NCBI GenBank assembly: GCA_013265495.1
Contig: MU058844.1
Span: 10,872,184-10,936,183 of the forward strand
DNA from: Vicugna vicugna
Lineage: Eukaryota
DNA length: 64,000 nucleotides
Direction: 5' to 3'
Part shown: piece after piece, positions 49,961-63,270 of the stretch
Numbering within the stretch: position 1 is the stretch's first letter
How the letters are laid out: every line of letters starts with the position of its first letter
Made by a program: the position numbers and the translations under genes
The notes under the pieces: generated by a model
The model's input: the letters and a program-made list of their open reading frames with translations, nothing else
The model's database searches: none
Told to the model about the DNA's origin: nothing

Positions 49961-51499
49961 TGGAAATTCACTTGCCCAAGTTCTCACAGACTATCAGAAG
50001 CAGAGCAGAAGCTGTCATTCATGTCTTTTGATTCTCAGTCCAGTGAATTAAAAGTACCTTTTTCATTACAGACTTCATATTTCCTTGCTACAATGCATAG
50101 TCCAACATAACACTTGACTTCTAGAAATACAATGCTAAAATAGCATAAAATACTTATTTTTCTAAGTTTTTGCTTTACTATTAGAAGTAAAATTTCTTCG
50201 GATTTTTTTTTTAAAACAAACAAACAAACAAATGCCAGGGAGAAATCCTTTCATATATTAGTCTGTGTGAGATGAAAGCCACAGAGAATTTTATATAATT
50301 CTTCTTTGTAAATTGATCAGACAAAGAGAGTTTTAAGAACTTGGCTCTCTTGTCTGATTTAATCCACAAAACAATGCGTCTACTTTCATCTTTTTTTCTT
50401 TATTTCTAAAACCTCAACGTAGAATACACAGTGGATTTTAACAACCTGTTTTGGTTCAAGTGATTGCTTTCAGTTTCTCTAGTCCTTTGTTAGTGAGGAC
50501 AAATGAATATATTTATTTTTTCTTTTGTAAATATATTTTCAAGTTTCATATTCAGTTATTTAAAAGAGGTTTGGACTTCTCTATAAGATAAATTTAGTTA
50601 GGAAAAGAATCTAGTCTACAGATTTGCTCCAACTGGCCATCCTGCACATGATCTATTTTTCTTACACCATGATCTATTGACCACTGTTAGTGGTTATGTT
50701 AAATTACTAGGTATCAGAGTGACACTAGCAACACTTGACCGCTGTGGGAATTTAGGTGTACCTAGATGAGCACCGACATGCTCTTCAATTTTCTTGAGTT
50801 GCTTGTTTCAAAAGGTACTCTTTATCCTTTGAAAAATGTATTAAATTTATTAACATTTGTGCTATTTAAGACATGTGAACTTCCAAATAGTTTAAAATAA
50901 TATTTATATTGTTATATTTATAACTATTACTACTTTATTCTAAGTCCAATTTAAGAAAAAAACAAATGAAATTGAAGTGAAAAAATGAGTCCTGTATGGA
51001 AAAAAAGCTTTTCTTGAGTCATATTTACCCTAAAGGACTGAACTGATTTTTCCCAGACTTATTTTTTGGTTGTTGTATTGGATTCTGTCTTCAGCACTTC
51101 CTAGCTATAACCCCCATTCCATCATCTAAAAAAATGAATATAAAATTGTCCAGTAGTGCTACTGTAAGGACTGGATAACTTAATTCCATTGAAATGTTAG
51201 TACATAATAAGCCCTGCTGGGTTGGCTAGTCTTAACATTACTATTACTAACCTAATTATTCTTTTCAGTATCATTAACACAATTTCAAATTAACACCACA
51301 ACAGCCTAAAGGTTCCCATTCTTGAATACTGAAAGTACATACAATTATCATATATTGGAGTGTACATCAGTGTACTGATTATTATTTTTAGTTTTTCATG
51401 CACATTTTTTCCTTATCTTGACTCTTAAGTCTCTTAAGGGAAAGAACTGTCTTATTAATTCATCTTTTCCTTTTTCTTGTCATCTCTTCTTTCTTCTCT

Positions 51500-51605
51500 C
51501 ATCAACATATATTTATAGAGCACCTACTTTGTGCTGTGCACTTTTGTAGGTCTGAAATTACAGAGACAAACAAGATAGTCTCTGCCTTCATGTTGCTTAA
51601 GTTCT
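51500..51605 (-). mobile_element. L2 tail fragment
   Basis: 'tcaacatatatttatagagcacctactttgtgc ... aacaagatagtctctgccttcatgttgctta'. Confidence 0.75.
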
Positions 51606-52939
51606 TGTAAAACTCAATTGAAATTCTGTTACTATTACTGTACTTGCTAAATTCAATACTAGTGCCAATGTTGGAGTGCCAAATAGAAAAATAAAGACAC
51701 AAACAAAATACATATACAGTAAATACTTTAGAAAATATATTTAAAATGCAAGAAATTGTAAGAGATGTAAACTCTAATCAAAAGGCAACAAAATCATGAA
51801 AAATTAACGATAATGAAGGAAGAGTATGCTGACCTTGTTTGCATGGCTCTGTAGTATTACCAAATAAACAAGTTCAAGGTTTTTTCAAGTAAATAAGCAC
51901 TAAATAAACCAGGTTATAGCTAAGTTGCAATAAAAAAATTTGTAATTTAAAAAGAAGCTTTCAACTTTGATGAGAAAAGTCCCTATCAATTAAAAAATAT
52001 ATAAATTGTAAAAAAAATATTTTGTTGGTATGGTATATATGGTATAACAGTTATTTTGAACAAAATATTTAGTCCTACATTTTTATACACATTGTCAGTG
52101 CTGGAAGAACCCAGGTATGAGAAAACCCAGATATAAGCAAGTATAATGCAATAGAATAGGGAAGTCTCTATTGAAATAACTTGTTCATGTAACAATGAAC
52201 CACAAACTTATGATTCTAAATTTCATAAATTACCTATTCTTTTTAAAAAATGACATATATTTTATGGGAAATAAGAAGATAACATCAATAGAAGACAACT
52301 GTATCAATTTCAATTGAAAAATTAAGTTAACATTTTACCTGTTTCTGAAATCAGATGTAAAAGCAAATAATTTACAAAACTTAAATCTACCCAAGAATCA
52401 CTAGCATTCTAAGTCCATCAGTTACATTGGAGAAGGGCAGACTGGGATGTTTATTTTTTAGTTCCTAGAATTATTTTACATTTCTAAAAGCATTGTGAAC
52501 TAAAGAGAACCACTCAAAAAACTGAAGTTAGAAATTTTATAAAGTTTATAAACAAGCCCAATTAATGACTGAACCATTATTCATGATATACAGGTACAAT
52601 TTTAGAATAACTGAAAAGAATCAAATTACCTTAATTATTTTCATGTTCTTTAAACTATGTACATATGAATCAGTGAAATATGTTTACGTTGGAAACTCTT
52701 AGAACTTTAGGCACTGTAAAGTAAGAAAATGTATATAATTAGTTAAACCTACTATGTCAGAATATACCTATTTCAAACTAAACTATTGTACTCAATACAG
52801 TGTCCTGTATGAAGAGATAAACCATCAGTATATATTGGTAGAGAATCTTGGATAATGAAGTTATCTAGCGATGTCTTTGATCTGCAGACCTCGGGTTACT
52901 GGTGTGTTGCTGAAGGTAGTTGGTAGCAAATCACGTATC

Positions 52940-53577
52940 AAGTCTTTTCTATCCTGTGAAGGTGATTATACTATTAGCCCCGTCTCCAACCTCATTTCTC
53001 CACACTCCCTGCAGGTTTTACCGCACAGTCAAGTCAAACATCTGGAGGAAGTCAAGCTACTCCCTTCAGCCCCCGCTTGACTTGCTCCTGTTTCAGTTCC
53101 TCACCGTGGCCCGAAAGCCTTTTCTGTCCTCACGGGCCTTCCTCATCTCTGTCTTCCTCAGTCTGCTCCGGACTCACTGGCCATTCCTCCAGCTCAGCAA
53201 ACCACGGTTCTATCCAGGTTTGTTTTATTCCTCGACCCCTTCCAGGGCCTCGTCTCTCTACCACTGATGATCTTTTCCTGCACATGTGTGTGGCTCCTCC
53301 CCTCACTTTATTCCAGCCAGTCTTTTATCAAATGTCACCTTTGTAGGGAAGTCTCCCACGGCCACTGTGCCCATTCCCCATATTTACTTTCTTTATAACA
53401 CTTAGCAAGACCTGGTATCACAGACTTTGTTTATTTGCCCATTTGTTGATTTTTGTCTCCTTCTGGCCACAGTGCATGAATGCAGACATTTCTGTCTTGT
53501 TCATGCCCATGATTCCAGCACCGTGGATAGTACCTGGCCTATATAGGCAATCTATAAACATCTGTTGAATGAATGAG
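52940..53577 (+). mobile_element. L2a LINE 3' region
   Basis: 'tcactggccattcctccagc ... tcaaatgtcacctttgtagggaagtct ... ctgtcttgttcatgcc ... atagtacctggcctatatagg ... ctgttgaatgaatga'. Explains the ORFs at 52871-53346. Confidence 0.85.
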
Positions 53578-53959
53578 TTCTTCCTGTTTCAGCTGAGATA
53601 TTTTGTCTACCAAAATATTACTGAGTCCTACATTGGCATAGTTTCCTTAAAGTCTAGTTTAAGTGTCTGACCTAATCATCTGAGTCCATCCTGCACTATG
53701 CGTGACACAGATGAGGCAAGTCCTTAGTTATCTTTTAGGTAATGTATAAAGTGAAGGTCCTGTCCTTTCAGAATTCAGAGTAAATTAAGAGATGATATGA
53801 CTTATTGCTTCCAAATCGGTTATAAATATACATGGAAGACTCTCAGATTCAAAGATGAAATTTTCAGTGAAGTAGTACAGAATATACATCCTCTTGAATT
53901 AACTTCATCCTGTTTCCTTGGGCATTGTCTATAAAATGTTCCGTGATCCCGCTGTACAT

Positions 53960-54115
53960 TTCAGAGATTCCAAAATTTATTTTGGGGTGTTGCAGTTAGA
54001 AGTATAGATCCTTGTGAGAATCTCATGACTCTTCCCATAAAAATTTACATACACTCAAAATATTGTTTATGCTTTTAAGAGATCAAAACCAACCTCAAGC
54101 CGCAAATAGACTCCT
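53960..54115. mobile_element. MER5A1-like hAT MITE fragment
   Basis: 'atagatccttgtgagaatctcatgactcttcccataaaaatttacatacactcaaaatattg'. Confidence 0.5.
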
Positions 54116-54149
54116 ACTCTACTGACCTTAAGAATCTTTATTCTTTTTC

Positions 54150-55082
54150 TTCTCTATTTTTTTCTCCCAGTTTATGAACAAGTTCATTTTTCTCCATGCT
54201 AAGCCAAAATATTAATTCCACATCGCCTACCTTTTAAATTATATACTCACTTTTCTCTTCCCAACTATGAAATTTTCATAGTGAATGTTTCTATATTCAC
54301 TTGAAAATACCTATTAAATCTTCAGCAATCTGGCTTCCTTATTCATTAAACTCATCAGGCATCTCACGGCTGTCAAATCCAACACCTAATTGTCAATTTT
54401 CAACGCCTCTACGTTATTTAGATTGCTAAGCACCATTTCACCATCTCACTACATCAGTTCTGTATCAGTTCCCATACGTTTCAGTTTTTGTAGTTCTGTG
54501 TTTTATTGTTGTTTCTTTTTCTGCTTCCTTTTAACTATATGCTAGACCCAAATTTCTTCCTGATGGCTATCTCCTTATAGATGTCCTATTGGTATGTCAA
54601 ACCTACAAACCTTAAATGAAATGTCACACATGTCCCTTACAGCTTTTTCTTATTTTGTGTTCCTTTGCTTGGTATCTGATAAGAAAACTGAAATTCATCT
54701 TTGACTTCCCCTAATTTCCACTCCCCCATCCGATTAAGTGTCACATATTATTGATTGTTGCCCTGAAATTCCTCCCCTTCTAGTCTATCAGTCCACTGAC
54801 TAATCCAGGCTCTTATCATGTTATTGCCTATATGTGCTTTAGTTTCATAATGGGTGTGTGTCTTCCCTTAATATCCTGCCACTCCATTCAAAGCTCCACA
54901 GAGCTCTGCCCTCTAGCCTGGCTCTTTATTCTACCAAAACCTTCAGTTGATGGCATACAGGTTTGCTTTGGCCATGAGATTATTAACTCCTCAAGGGCAG
55001 GAATGATATTTTAGCCTCTTTTACACCCTCCATAGAGTCACCTTGCCTACACTATGCACTTAATAAATGTTTGTTAAATTGA
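54150..55082 (+). mobile_element. L2 LINE, degenerate
   Basis: 'gcaatctggcttcc ... tgtcaaatccaa ... aattcatctttgacttcccc ... actcctcaagggcaggaat ... cacttaataaatgtttgttaaattga'. Confidence 0.7.
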
Positions 55083-55679
55083 GCATAAGGTGTGTCAGAA
55101 AATATGTCAGCCTTTTGCTAGGCTGGCTAAGATGCCACTTTACACTGCGACCAAAGAAATTAAAACTGCATGATTGTCCTTTAATAGTTTATGCTCAAAT
55201 ATTAGCTAATATTTTTATTTATCCTTGATACCTAGTTTTTGAAGGAATTATTCAATAATATACTGGAAGAATTAAGGAGAGTAGAAGCATATATTGACTT
55301 CATAGTCATATGTAATTCAGAACAGTGATTATTTCACTTAAATTTCTCTCAATAGTTATTTGCAAGACGAGGCTTATATGAATATATTATTTGAATGTTC
55401 TATATATGTAAAAAGAACCTAAGGGAGTAAGTACTTTCTCCAATATTATACCAAAAAGATACAATAACAGGGAATTAAATCACAACCTTGAGTTTTTCAA
55501 TCATACCTTTGGATTCTGTCTAAGGCTCTGTAAGTACATAGATGATTTACCTTGTCAATGTTTTAATTCTGACTTATCTGAAATAAGTGATATGATAGAA
55601 CATTTGACGTATTTATTGTAAAAAGCTAAAACTGTGGTGTAAGAGGAGACTACTCTCTCCAGATTGCTAGGCAAAACTA

Positions 55680-55920
55680 GTTAGCAAGGTAGTATAGTAG
55701 AAAAATTATAGGTCCTTAGAATTAGATAGACTTGGAATTCAATTTCAACTTTAACATGTACCAGCTCAGGAATCTTAAGAAAATTGTTCCAACTCCAGTG
55801 TTTTCTCACCTTTACATTGGTGATAATGACACCAGTCTTAAGTGTTATGGGATAGGATGAGATGAAGTATGACAAATGAATGATTAAAATATATACATGT
55901 TTTGTGCTCAGCAAATACAG
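55680..55920 (+). mobile_element. MIR SINE
   Basis: 'gtagtatagtagaaaaa ... ttagaattagatagacttggaattcaatttcaact ... cagtgttttctcacctttacattggtgataatgacacc ... gatgagatgaagtatg'. Confidence 0.75.
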
Positions 55921-56444
55921 TCCTGTCCCAATTCTCTGTCTTCTAACAGAACATAAAGTAGACACAGTAAAAAATGTAAATTCTGAGTTAGTAAATTAGG
56001 GTTCATTATATTAATTTATCCAAGAATATTTATTGGTGATCTCCCAGGTTCCAGGAAACATGGTATCTTAGGCAATAGACTCTCACATAAGGGGCTTGAA
56101 GAGCAATATTGGTCCGAGTGTCAGCTCCAGAACGTATACTGTGTGATCACTGGCAAGTGGCTGACCCCTATTTCTCACTTGTGAAACACTCAGAAGGTTG
56201 GTAACTGAAGTCATGTTCAATTTACCCGGTATCCATCTCAAAGATGTTAAATGTTACTAGGACTAGATGTAGACTTGAGAGGGAAACACTAACTTGATTT
56301 GGATTTAAATATCTGGTATTTGAAATACCAAGAGGTCAACCAAGCACAGAAATCTGGCAGGATCTCCAGGAGAGCAGGGGTTGGGTTTCATTTGCTCAGT
56401 ATTGTATCTCCTTGCTCATGCTATCTGCTCAATCAGCAATAACA

Positions 56445-56682
56445 ACACTGACAACAAGGTATCTAATAAAACACTTATTATGTGTCAGGTTCTAGTCCAA
56501 GAATTTTATATATGGAGTTAACCTTCACAATCATATTACGGAGTATGCATTTTCCACGTTTTCACAAGAGAAATTGAGGCATGAAGATATTAAATAACTT
56601 GTACAAGGTCACATAAGCAGTAAGTAAAGCTGACGTTTACATCCAAGCTCTTTGGCTTCAAAACCCAGGCTCTTAACTACCC
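56445..56682 (-). mobile_element. MIR SINE, near full length
   Basis: 'cacttattatgtgtcagg ... ccttcacaatc ... gagaaattgaggcatgaagatattaaataacttgtacaaggtcaca ... tggcttcaaaacccaggctcttaactac'. Confidence 0.9.
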
Positions 56683-58067
56683 TTATTTGCAAAACTAGGG
56701 GATAAAGAACAAATTGAGGAGTTGAGGAGAGAGATCTGAGACCATGTAGAGGGGAAAACAGAAGCTAAGGGAAGAGCTGAAATTCCCAGGAACATATAAA
56801 GAGTGAGAAGAGAAAATCACTGAGTGTCCTTGAACAACACCAACATGTAACACAGATCCCAGAGGTCCCTGGATATCAGGCAAGGTCTTTGGGCTTTTTT
56901 CCTTATACTTTATAAAATCACCAAAGAGCTGTAACTGGGTTAGTAGTGGGCAGTAACCTGATCAGAGTTGAATATTCAAAATACCAGCTGGGATGTGGTA
57001 TGGTGCATACTTAACTTATACAATTATTTATTCCCAATCCAATTTAACTAAATTCATTTTTCCTCTCAGGCAATTCTTTTTAAAAAATTGAATTACATCT
57101 TGCTTTTAGAATATCCTATATAGATTAGGTCTGAGAACACGCATAGAGCAACTCCTCCCTTCTTTGCCCCCCAAAGACTCATATATACACTCAACACATA
57201 CTCTAGTCTCTTTGCAAAGTTGTCATACTTGGCTGATGTAATATTTAGGTCATCAACTTGAGCTAGTTTTCTAGTAGCGATGTTCAGGTTTTATGAATCA
57301 TTTATAGGCTACCTGGGGTAAGCTTGCTTGGAAAAAAATAAAGGTAATTGACCTATGGAGTGATAATTTTAATTATAATACCCGAAAAAGAATGCTATCA
57401 AGTGATTACCGTGTGGGGGGGGCATTGTTCTAAATACTTTATCTCTTATTGTAATTTAATCTTTGTAGCAATTTTATGAGATAATTCTCTAAGTTAGCTA
57501 AGTGACCCAAGTTCCTGCAAAGACTATACCAGCACAGTCAGACAGTTTGAAGGAAGCAAAACAAAATCAAACTAATGTAGCTTAAACACAAGCCCCCCCA
57601 CACACAAAAAAAAATCCTATAAAAAAACACAATCCAGTACTTTCATCTCAATACACTTTAGTTAGAAGAGATGATGTGATCTTAAAATTTAACACTATAG
57701 GAGTGTAACAATATTACATTTGGTCCCTGTAGGAACATAGGAGTGGTTGAGTAACATATGTGTCAAAAGGTTTTACCATGAAGTTGCTAAAGTATAGCAT
57801 CAGGTAGGTAGTAAATGATTATGTTCCCTTACCCACGTATGACCCATCAAGCAGAAGAGAAGAGGATGCAGTGTTGAACAGTTATTCCAGTTCAGTTACA
57901 CAGCTTATATCTTCTGGAAGGATGATCATTTTATCCTGTGCCAAGCATCCTTCTGCATAAATAGTTTTCAAGCTGCCATTAGTAATGCGTGAGAACGGCT
58001 CACCATTTCAGCAATGCCTACCACTACCTTCTTATTTTTCTTCTCTGACGTACTGCTTGTGATTCAG

Positions 58068-58400
58068 AAAAGAGGGGACTGCTACACCAGACAGGGTTGC
58101 AAAGAGAGTATCTCCATTTGAAAAAAGACAAAGAGGATGTAATCAACCTCTATGAAGACATGAAAGCAGTCTATTGGGTCAACATGAACTTGCTCATAGA
58201 AATCCTGAATCACTAGTTCAGGGAGTAATAACTGCTTAAAGCTTAAAATAGCAAACTAAGGACAACAGTAGAATACTAAATATTCCAAAAAATGGGACTT
58301 GGATAGAGAAATGCACACTTCAGAGAGGTAGAATGAAAAGTACGTTTAAAGATAACTTTAGGTAATTAGTGGATGTCAGATCCATACTGGGCTACTAAAA
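58068..58400 (+). mobile_element. CR1/L3 LINE 3' end (L3b/Plat_L3-like)
   Basis: Translates approximately GLLH..LQR..LHLKK..DVINLYEDMKAV, like the CR1 ORF2 C-terminus. Ends 'ggtaattagtggatgtcagatccatactgggctactaa', similar to the recalled L3b end. Confidence 0.65.
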
Positions 58401-59275
58401 ATAGAATTGCAATAGTTGTGTATTGCTTTTTGCCTCCACGCTCTGTGTTCCTTGGCCACTATGTGGGCACAGACCACGAGCTACTAGAAATTATTATAGT
58501 TCAAGTACATGATGTTTTTAGTTCTACAGGGAAAACCATGGCAGGCCCTTCTTTAAAACGTTTAGCTAGCTTATTTTTTCTCAGTTGGAATTCTTCAAAG
58601 GGGGTTCCTCATTTCTACTCACATCTCTCAAAAGCCATCCTTAAAGAGAATCACTTCTTTGTCCCCCAGAGCATCCCATGAACCTCTCTTAATGTGACGC
58701 TAATGTCCTAGTCTGCACTAGCCTCTCTGCTTGCTGGTTTTTTCCAATAGACTGTGCTGTCCCAGGCAGGGAGCCTATTAATACACCTGTCCATTTCACC
58801 TATGTCCACCAAGTGATTTCACTATTTGCTACAGGACCTAACTTCTTTTTTCAAATGAAGAACTATGAGAAAAACTGGTTCAGAAAGGTGTTTCTATTTT
58901 CCAATTATTAAATATATTTACCTATTCACTCAAGAAATGAGCATTGACTTTCCAGATCACTGTATTGCCAGATTCTGTGTATATTTAAATGACAGCAGAA
59001 AATATTTTGAAAATTCCTCAGATTTATGCCATTCCTTAAAGTGTTTGTTAAGAGAAACTCCGGAAAGACTAAAATTTCAAAAAAAAAAAAAAAAACTTGA
59101 ACAAAATCAAACCGGGTGAAAACAGAAACTCTTAAAATTTCCTAATTTACCTTCTTTTATTTTCTTCTATGACAAGCAAAAATCCCAACAAAGCGTGTAA
59201 ATAGCAAAGTTGACTTTCTAATTGTTTCTTTACTAAGATATTAGCCACTAGAATGTAAAATTAAGTATATATAAA

Positions 59276-59755
59276 ATGTCTTCCTTGGAGAATTGCTTGT
59301 TTAGGTCTTCTGCCTATTTTTGGATTGGGTTGTTTGTTTTTCTTATTAAGTCGTATGAGCTGTTTATATATTCTGGAAATTAAGCCTCTGTCAGTCTCAT
59401 CTTTTGCGAATATTTTCTCCCATTCCATAGGTGGTTGTTTTGTTTTGTTTATGGTTTCCTTTGTTGTGCAGAAGATTATAAGTTTAATTAGGTCCCATTT
59501 GTTACCAGGGAGGAGGGGAAGAGGGTGGCGAAGGGATAAATTGGGAGTTCAAGATTTGCAGATACTAATATATATATAATAGATAAACAACAAGCTCATA
59601 CTATACCACACAGGGAATTACATTTAGTATCCTGTAGTAACTTACGGTGAAAAAAGAAAAGGAAAACGAATATAGTTATGTTCCTTTACAACTAAAGCGT
59701 TGTGCTGTACACCAGAAATAGACACAACATTGTAAACTGACTATACTTCAATAAA
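59276..59755. mobile_element. 5'-inverted (twin-primed) L1 insertion
   Basis: 59276-59503 is antisense ORF2 C-terminal region ([30 protein letters not shown]...[11 protein letters not shown]). 59501-59755 is sense 3' UTR ending AATAAA. Candidate TSD ATATATAAA at 59267-75 and 59755-63. Confidence 0.9.
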
Positions 59756-61689
59756 TATATAAAGAGAGAGGTTTCTTAATTATTTAAATCACTTTGAAAT
59801 ATGTGCCATTTTTAAACCACTCCGGAATACAGTTCTTAACTTGAGCTTTGTATGGTTTTTCAAAATCACCAGTAGTGTCTTTGTTTCTTGAATTCTTTGG
59901 TTCAAACTCTAGAACCACGTTCGTCAGAAACAGAATCAGTTCATGTGGCCTCCCTGATCACAGTGCAGCATTCAAATGCACTTACAGGTCCCAAGGACAT
60001 GAAAGCATCTCTAACTGTTATCTTACTTCCTCCCTGGCTCATATAGCTGGCATCACAACGGTTTTTACTAGTCTGAAACAGACTAGAACTCAGCGGTACT
60101 GTGATGGGCACACATTTTCTTAAAAAGCCCTGACACGTTGTTCTGTAGTAAGAACCAGAACCTATATGTTTGATTGATTGCTTCTTGCAAGGGGCCTATT
60201 GTAAGAATCATCCATCAGAATCATGCATCCATTAACCTCTCTCTTTTGTGTTCATACAGAAAAGTCCTTCTGATGGCATATACGCTTGTTTACATTTTAA
60301 GGCAGCACGAACAATGTGTTCATAGTAACAGATTGGGACAGAAGGATGAAAGGACGTTTGAGGCATAATCAAATCAGGATTTTTATGTAAAGAAGCGTTC
60401 TGATGACAATCACTCTTAAGTAAGATTATAATTTTAATAACTCCAAGCAAGCATCTTAGAATATTGCCTTTGTAGCTACATATATTATTCCAAATCACTT
60501 TTTAGCATATATATTTAATAAGAGAATCTTTCTTCCAGTTGATTCAATACTTTGGAACAGTGGTTAAACTCCAGGAAATAGAGCTTATTCTAAACAATAT
60601 ACATAGCCTTCTATCAGTTCATAAAAGAAAGTAACTTAAAATGTCAAATAATTTGCTGAAAAAATTGAGAGACTAAAATTTTAAATTAGTGCAAGAATAA
60701 ACATTTACATATAAAATAATTTCACACGCATTATATGCAACAGACTCTTAGGTCCTATAAATGTTCTTCTCAATAGATACTAAATGAGTCGAGTGTTTTT
60801 CACACTGGCACAAAAGATACAAAGTGACATTAAAGCATAGAGCACTTTCTTTAAATTATGGCTGCAAGTAATAAAAAGCAATCACTGGGAAGAATAATAT
60901 ATATTGTTTTGAACAGTCTTCGGTAAGTGCCTGGACATGCCTGGTAGGGATCCGTAAGAATTACAACACTGGACTGTAGAGACAGAAAAATGCAAACAAA
61001 AATGTAGCAAGGAAGTGATCAATGAGCTTCTGCTGTGTTTAGATTTAAATCAAAAAGAGAAATTTGAAGTTATTTGTTGATTACTTGGTTTCTAAGGGAT
61101 GGTGCTTGTTTGTATGCAGTGGTTTTGTTGTGGTTTGGAACTCCTGGGCCTCAGAAGCAACATCCCTTTATTAAAGGGTACTTGGAAAAGGGAGATAAAA
61201 CTTTATCTCTAACTTTATTCCCAAGGAAGAGGAAAAGTACGCTCAAAAATGGCCTTTCTTTTCCTTGAAAATTCCAGCTTGAACAGAATTTAAAGAGGCT
61301 GTGACCTCAAGTGAAGCTGTGTGAGGATTTAGGGGATAAGACAGGAAATGGAGGGAAATGAAATTTCTAGGTCGTTTCAAATGATGTTTGAAAATTATCT
61401 GAATGCTAGAAGGCAAACAAAAATGTAGGTTGAGCAAACTGATTTTAAAATCTTAAGTGATTTCTTAATCCAACAATATGGTACAATGGGCACTGCTTTG
61501 CCACATTTTGTATGATTTTCATATTTATTATTTATTTGGATAGTATTATATGAAAATACTTTACAAGATGAGTGTTTTGTTATTTTTTTAATGTAAGCAT
61601 GACCCTGCAAATTCATTTGCATCAAAGAAAAACTGTCCTGTATTTGGGTTGGCTCAGAGCAGTTTGACTCCAAAGAAAAGCACAGAATA

Positions 61690-62060
61690 CAGGCTTTTCA
61701 TGTAGGAAGACATGGGATCCAATTCTGGTCTCTACCCACTACTGGCTGTGTGACTATGAGCAAAGTACTTAACCCTTCTGAGTCCATTTTAAAAAAAATA
61801 GGGGGAGAGGGGGTAATTAGGTTTATTTATGTATGTATTTATTTATTTGGTGAATTCGATTGATTGACTGATTTTAATGGAGGTACTGGGGATTGAACCC
61901 AGGACCTCATGCATGCCAAGCACACACTCTACCACTGGACTACACCCTCCCCTGAGTCCATTTAGATATATGATACAGTTAATAAAATCATCCCCATAGA
62001 GCCTATTCTTATTAAGTGAAATAAGTATGAAGCTCAACGCTTGAATATAGTAAGTGCTTC
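61690..62060 (+). mobile_element. MIR SINE interrupted by a younger SINE
   Basis: 'actactggctgtgtgactatgagcaaagtacttaacccttctgagtcca' [SINE] 'ttaataaaatcatccccatagagcctattcttattaagtgaaataagtatg ... atagtaagtgcttc'. Confidence 0.85.
61790..61951 (-). mobile_element. tRNA-Ala-derived SINE (camelid vic-1 type)
   Basis: Minus strand GGGGAGGGTGTAGTCCAGTGGTAGAGTGTGTGCTTGGCATGCATGAGGTCCTGGGTTCAATCCCCAGTACCTCCA plus A-rich tail. Perfect 12-bp TSD CTGAGTCCATTT (61778-89 and 61952-63). Confidence 0.93.
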
Positions 62061-62812
62061 AGCAAGTGGCAGAATGAGGAAGCAGGAGAGGTTGCTCTAG
62101 GATATCGAGAAAGCGTTTTTCTTTAAATAGAGAAGAAAAGCCCACAGATCCTCATTAGGCAGTCTTCCCAATAATGAAGGCACGCAGACACATTCTCCAT
62201 TAAGCCGACAAGTGAATAAGCAGATGTCTATCCACTGGTTCCCTTCAGCTGGTGGACACTTGGTAGCATCCAGTGTAGGCGACGTACAGCACCATGTCTT
62301 TGTCTAGCACTGTCTCCCTGGTCCTTTGATATAGTGGCCAGAGAACAGAGTCCATGTTTAGTCTGATGGACATTTTCATCGAAAACCATTCATCTCTTTC
62401 TAGCCAGGAAAGGCTTTGGGGCTCAGATAGGTTTTCAAATGTGCTTTTAAAAATGGGCTAAATGTGTTCAAAGGAAGGAGGCTTGTTAACGTAACTTGAA
62501 AGAAAATCACCAAACATACTGAGGAGAGAGGCAGGCCATACAGCGCGGAGAAAGGACCTAATTATGAAGTATAAGATTTGATACGCAGAATGGATTTCAG
62601 AATAACTCCATCATCCCAGGATTCTTCTAAAAGAATCCCAGGAAGTCATCAAAAGAGGACTCCTGCTTATCAATGAAATACGGCATCATCTTAAGTAGAA
62701 ATTCCATCTATCTGCAAATACAGATCTTGCTGCAAACTTTAAGGTGTTTTTTTTTCTCACTTTTCACTTATTTCACTTATACTTTCAGTTTTTGAACAAC
62801 TATTTTAGCTGA

Positions 62813-62829
62813 GTTTTTTTTTTTTTTTT
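62813..62829. repeat. poly(T) tract
   Basis: Directly visible homopolymer run. Confidence 0.9.
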
Positions 62830-63169
62830 CACTTACTCTTTTGGTTTTCTAATTCAGCTGTTAGTGAAGTTGTTAGGGGAGGAGGATTTAGTAAGGTAAA
62901 AACCTGGTGGGTAAGACATTTGAAATCATATTAACCACATGTCAGCAAACGTTGATAATACACAATTCTCTGCAACAGTGGTCAATATCTATAGATCTGA
63001 GTCATGTCTAAGTGATGACTGTCCTCTAAATAAACCATATAATTCTGCCCATACCTCAACTCCTAGGGTTCCCGTCACTGTGCCTTTAGTGCAAGTCTTA
63101 AGGTCAATTTTATTATGCCTTGAAATTAAGCACAATAAAGTAGAAACTAATTCAAACAGAGTGACATCC

Positions 63170-63270
63170 TTTCATTCATGACTATTTGTTCATCTAACCA
63201 CCGTTTGTCGAGAGCCTGCTACGTGCCAGTTATGAAGACAGAGTTCTCCTGTGGGACTACAGTACTCCAC
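63170..63270 (-). mobile_element. L2 tail fragment
   Basis: 'ttcattcatgactatttgttcatctaaccaccgtttgtcgagagcctgctacgtgccag'. Confidence 0.55.

Noticed and set aside
61878..61951. tRNA-Ala gene
   Set aside because: It has an A-rich tail, a TSD and stem mismatches, so it is a SINE head. The same applies to 43592-43666.
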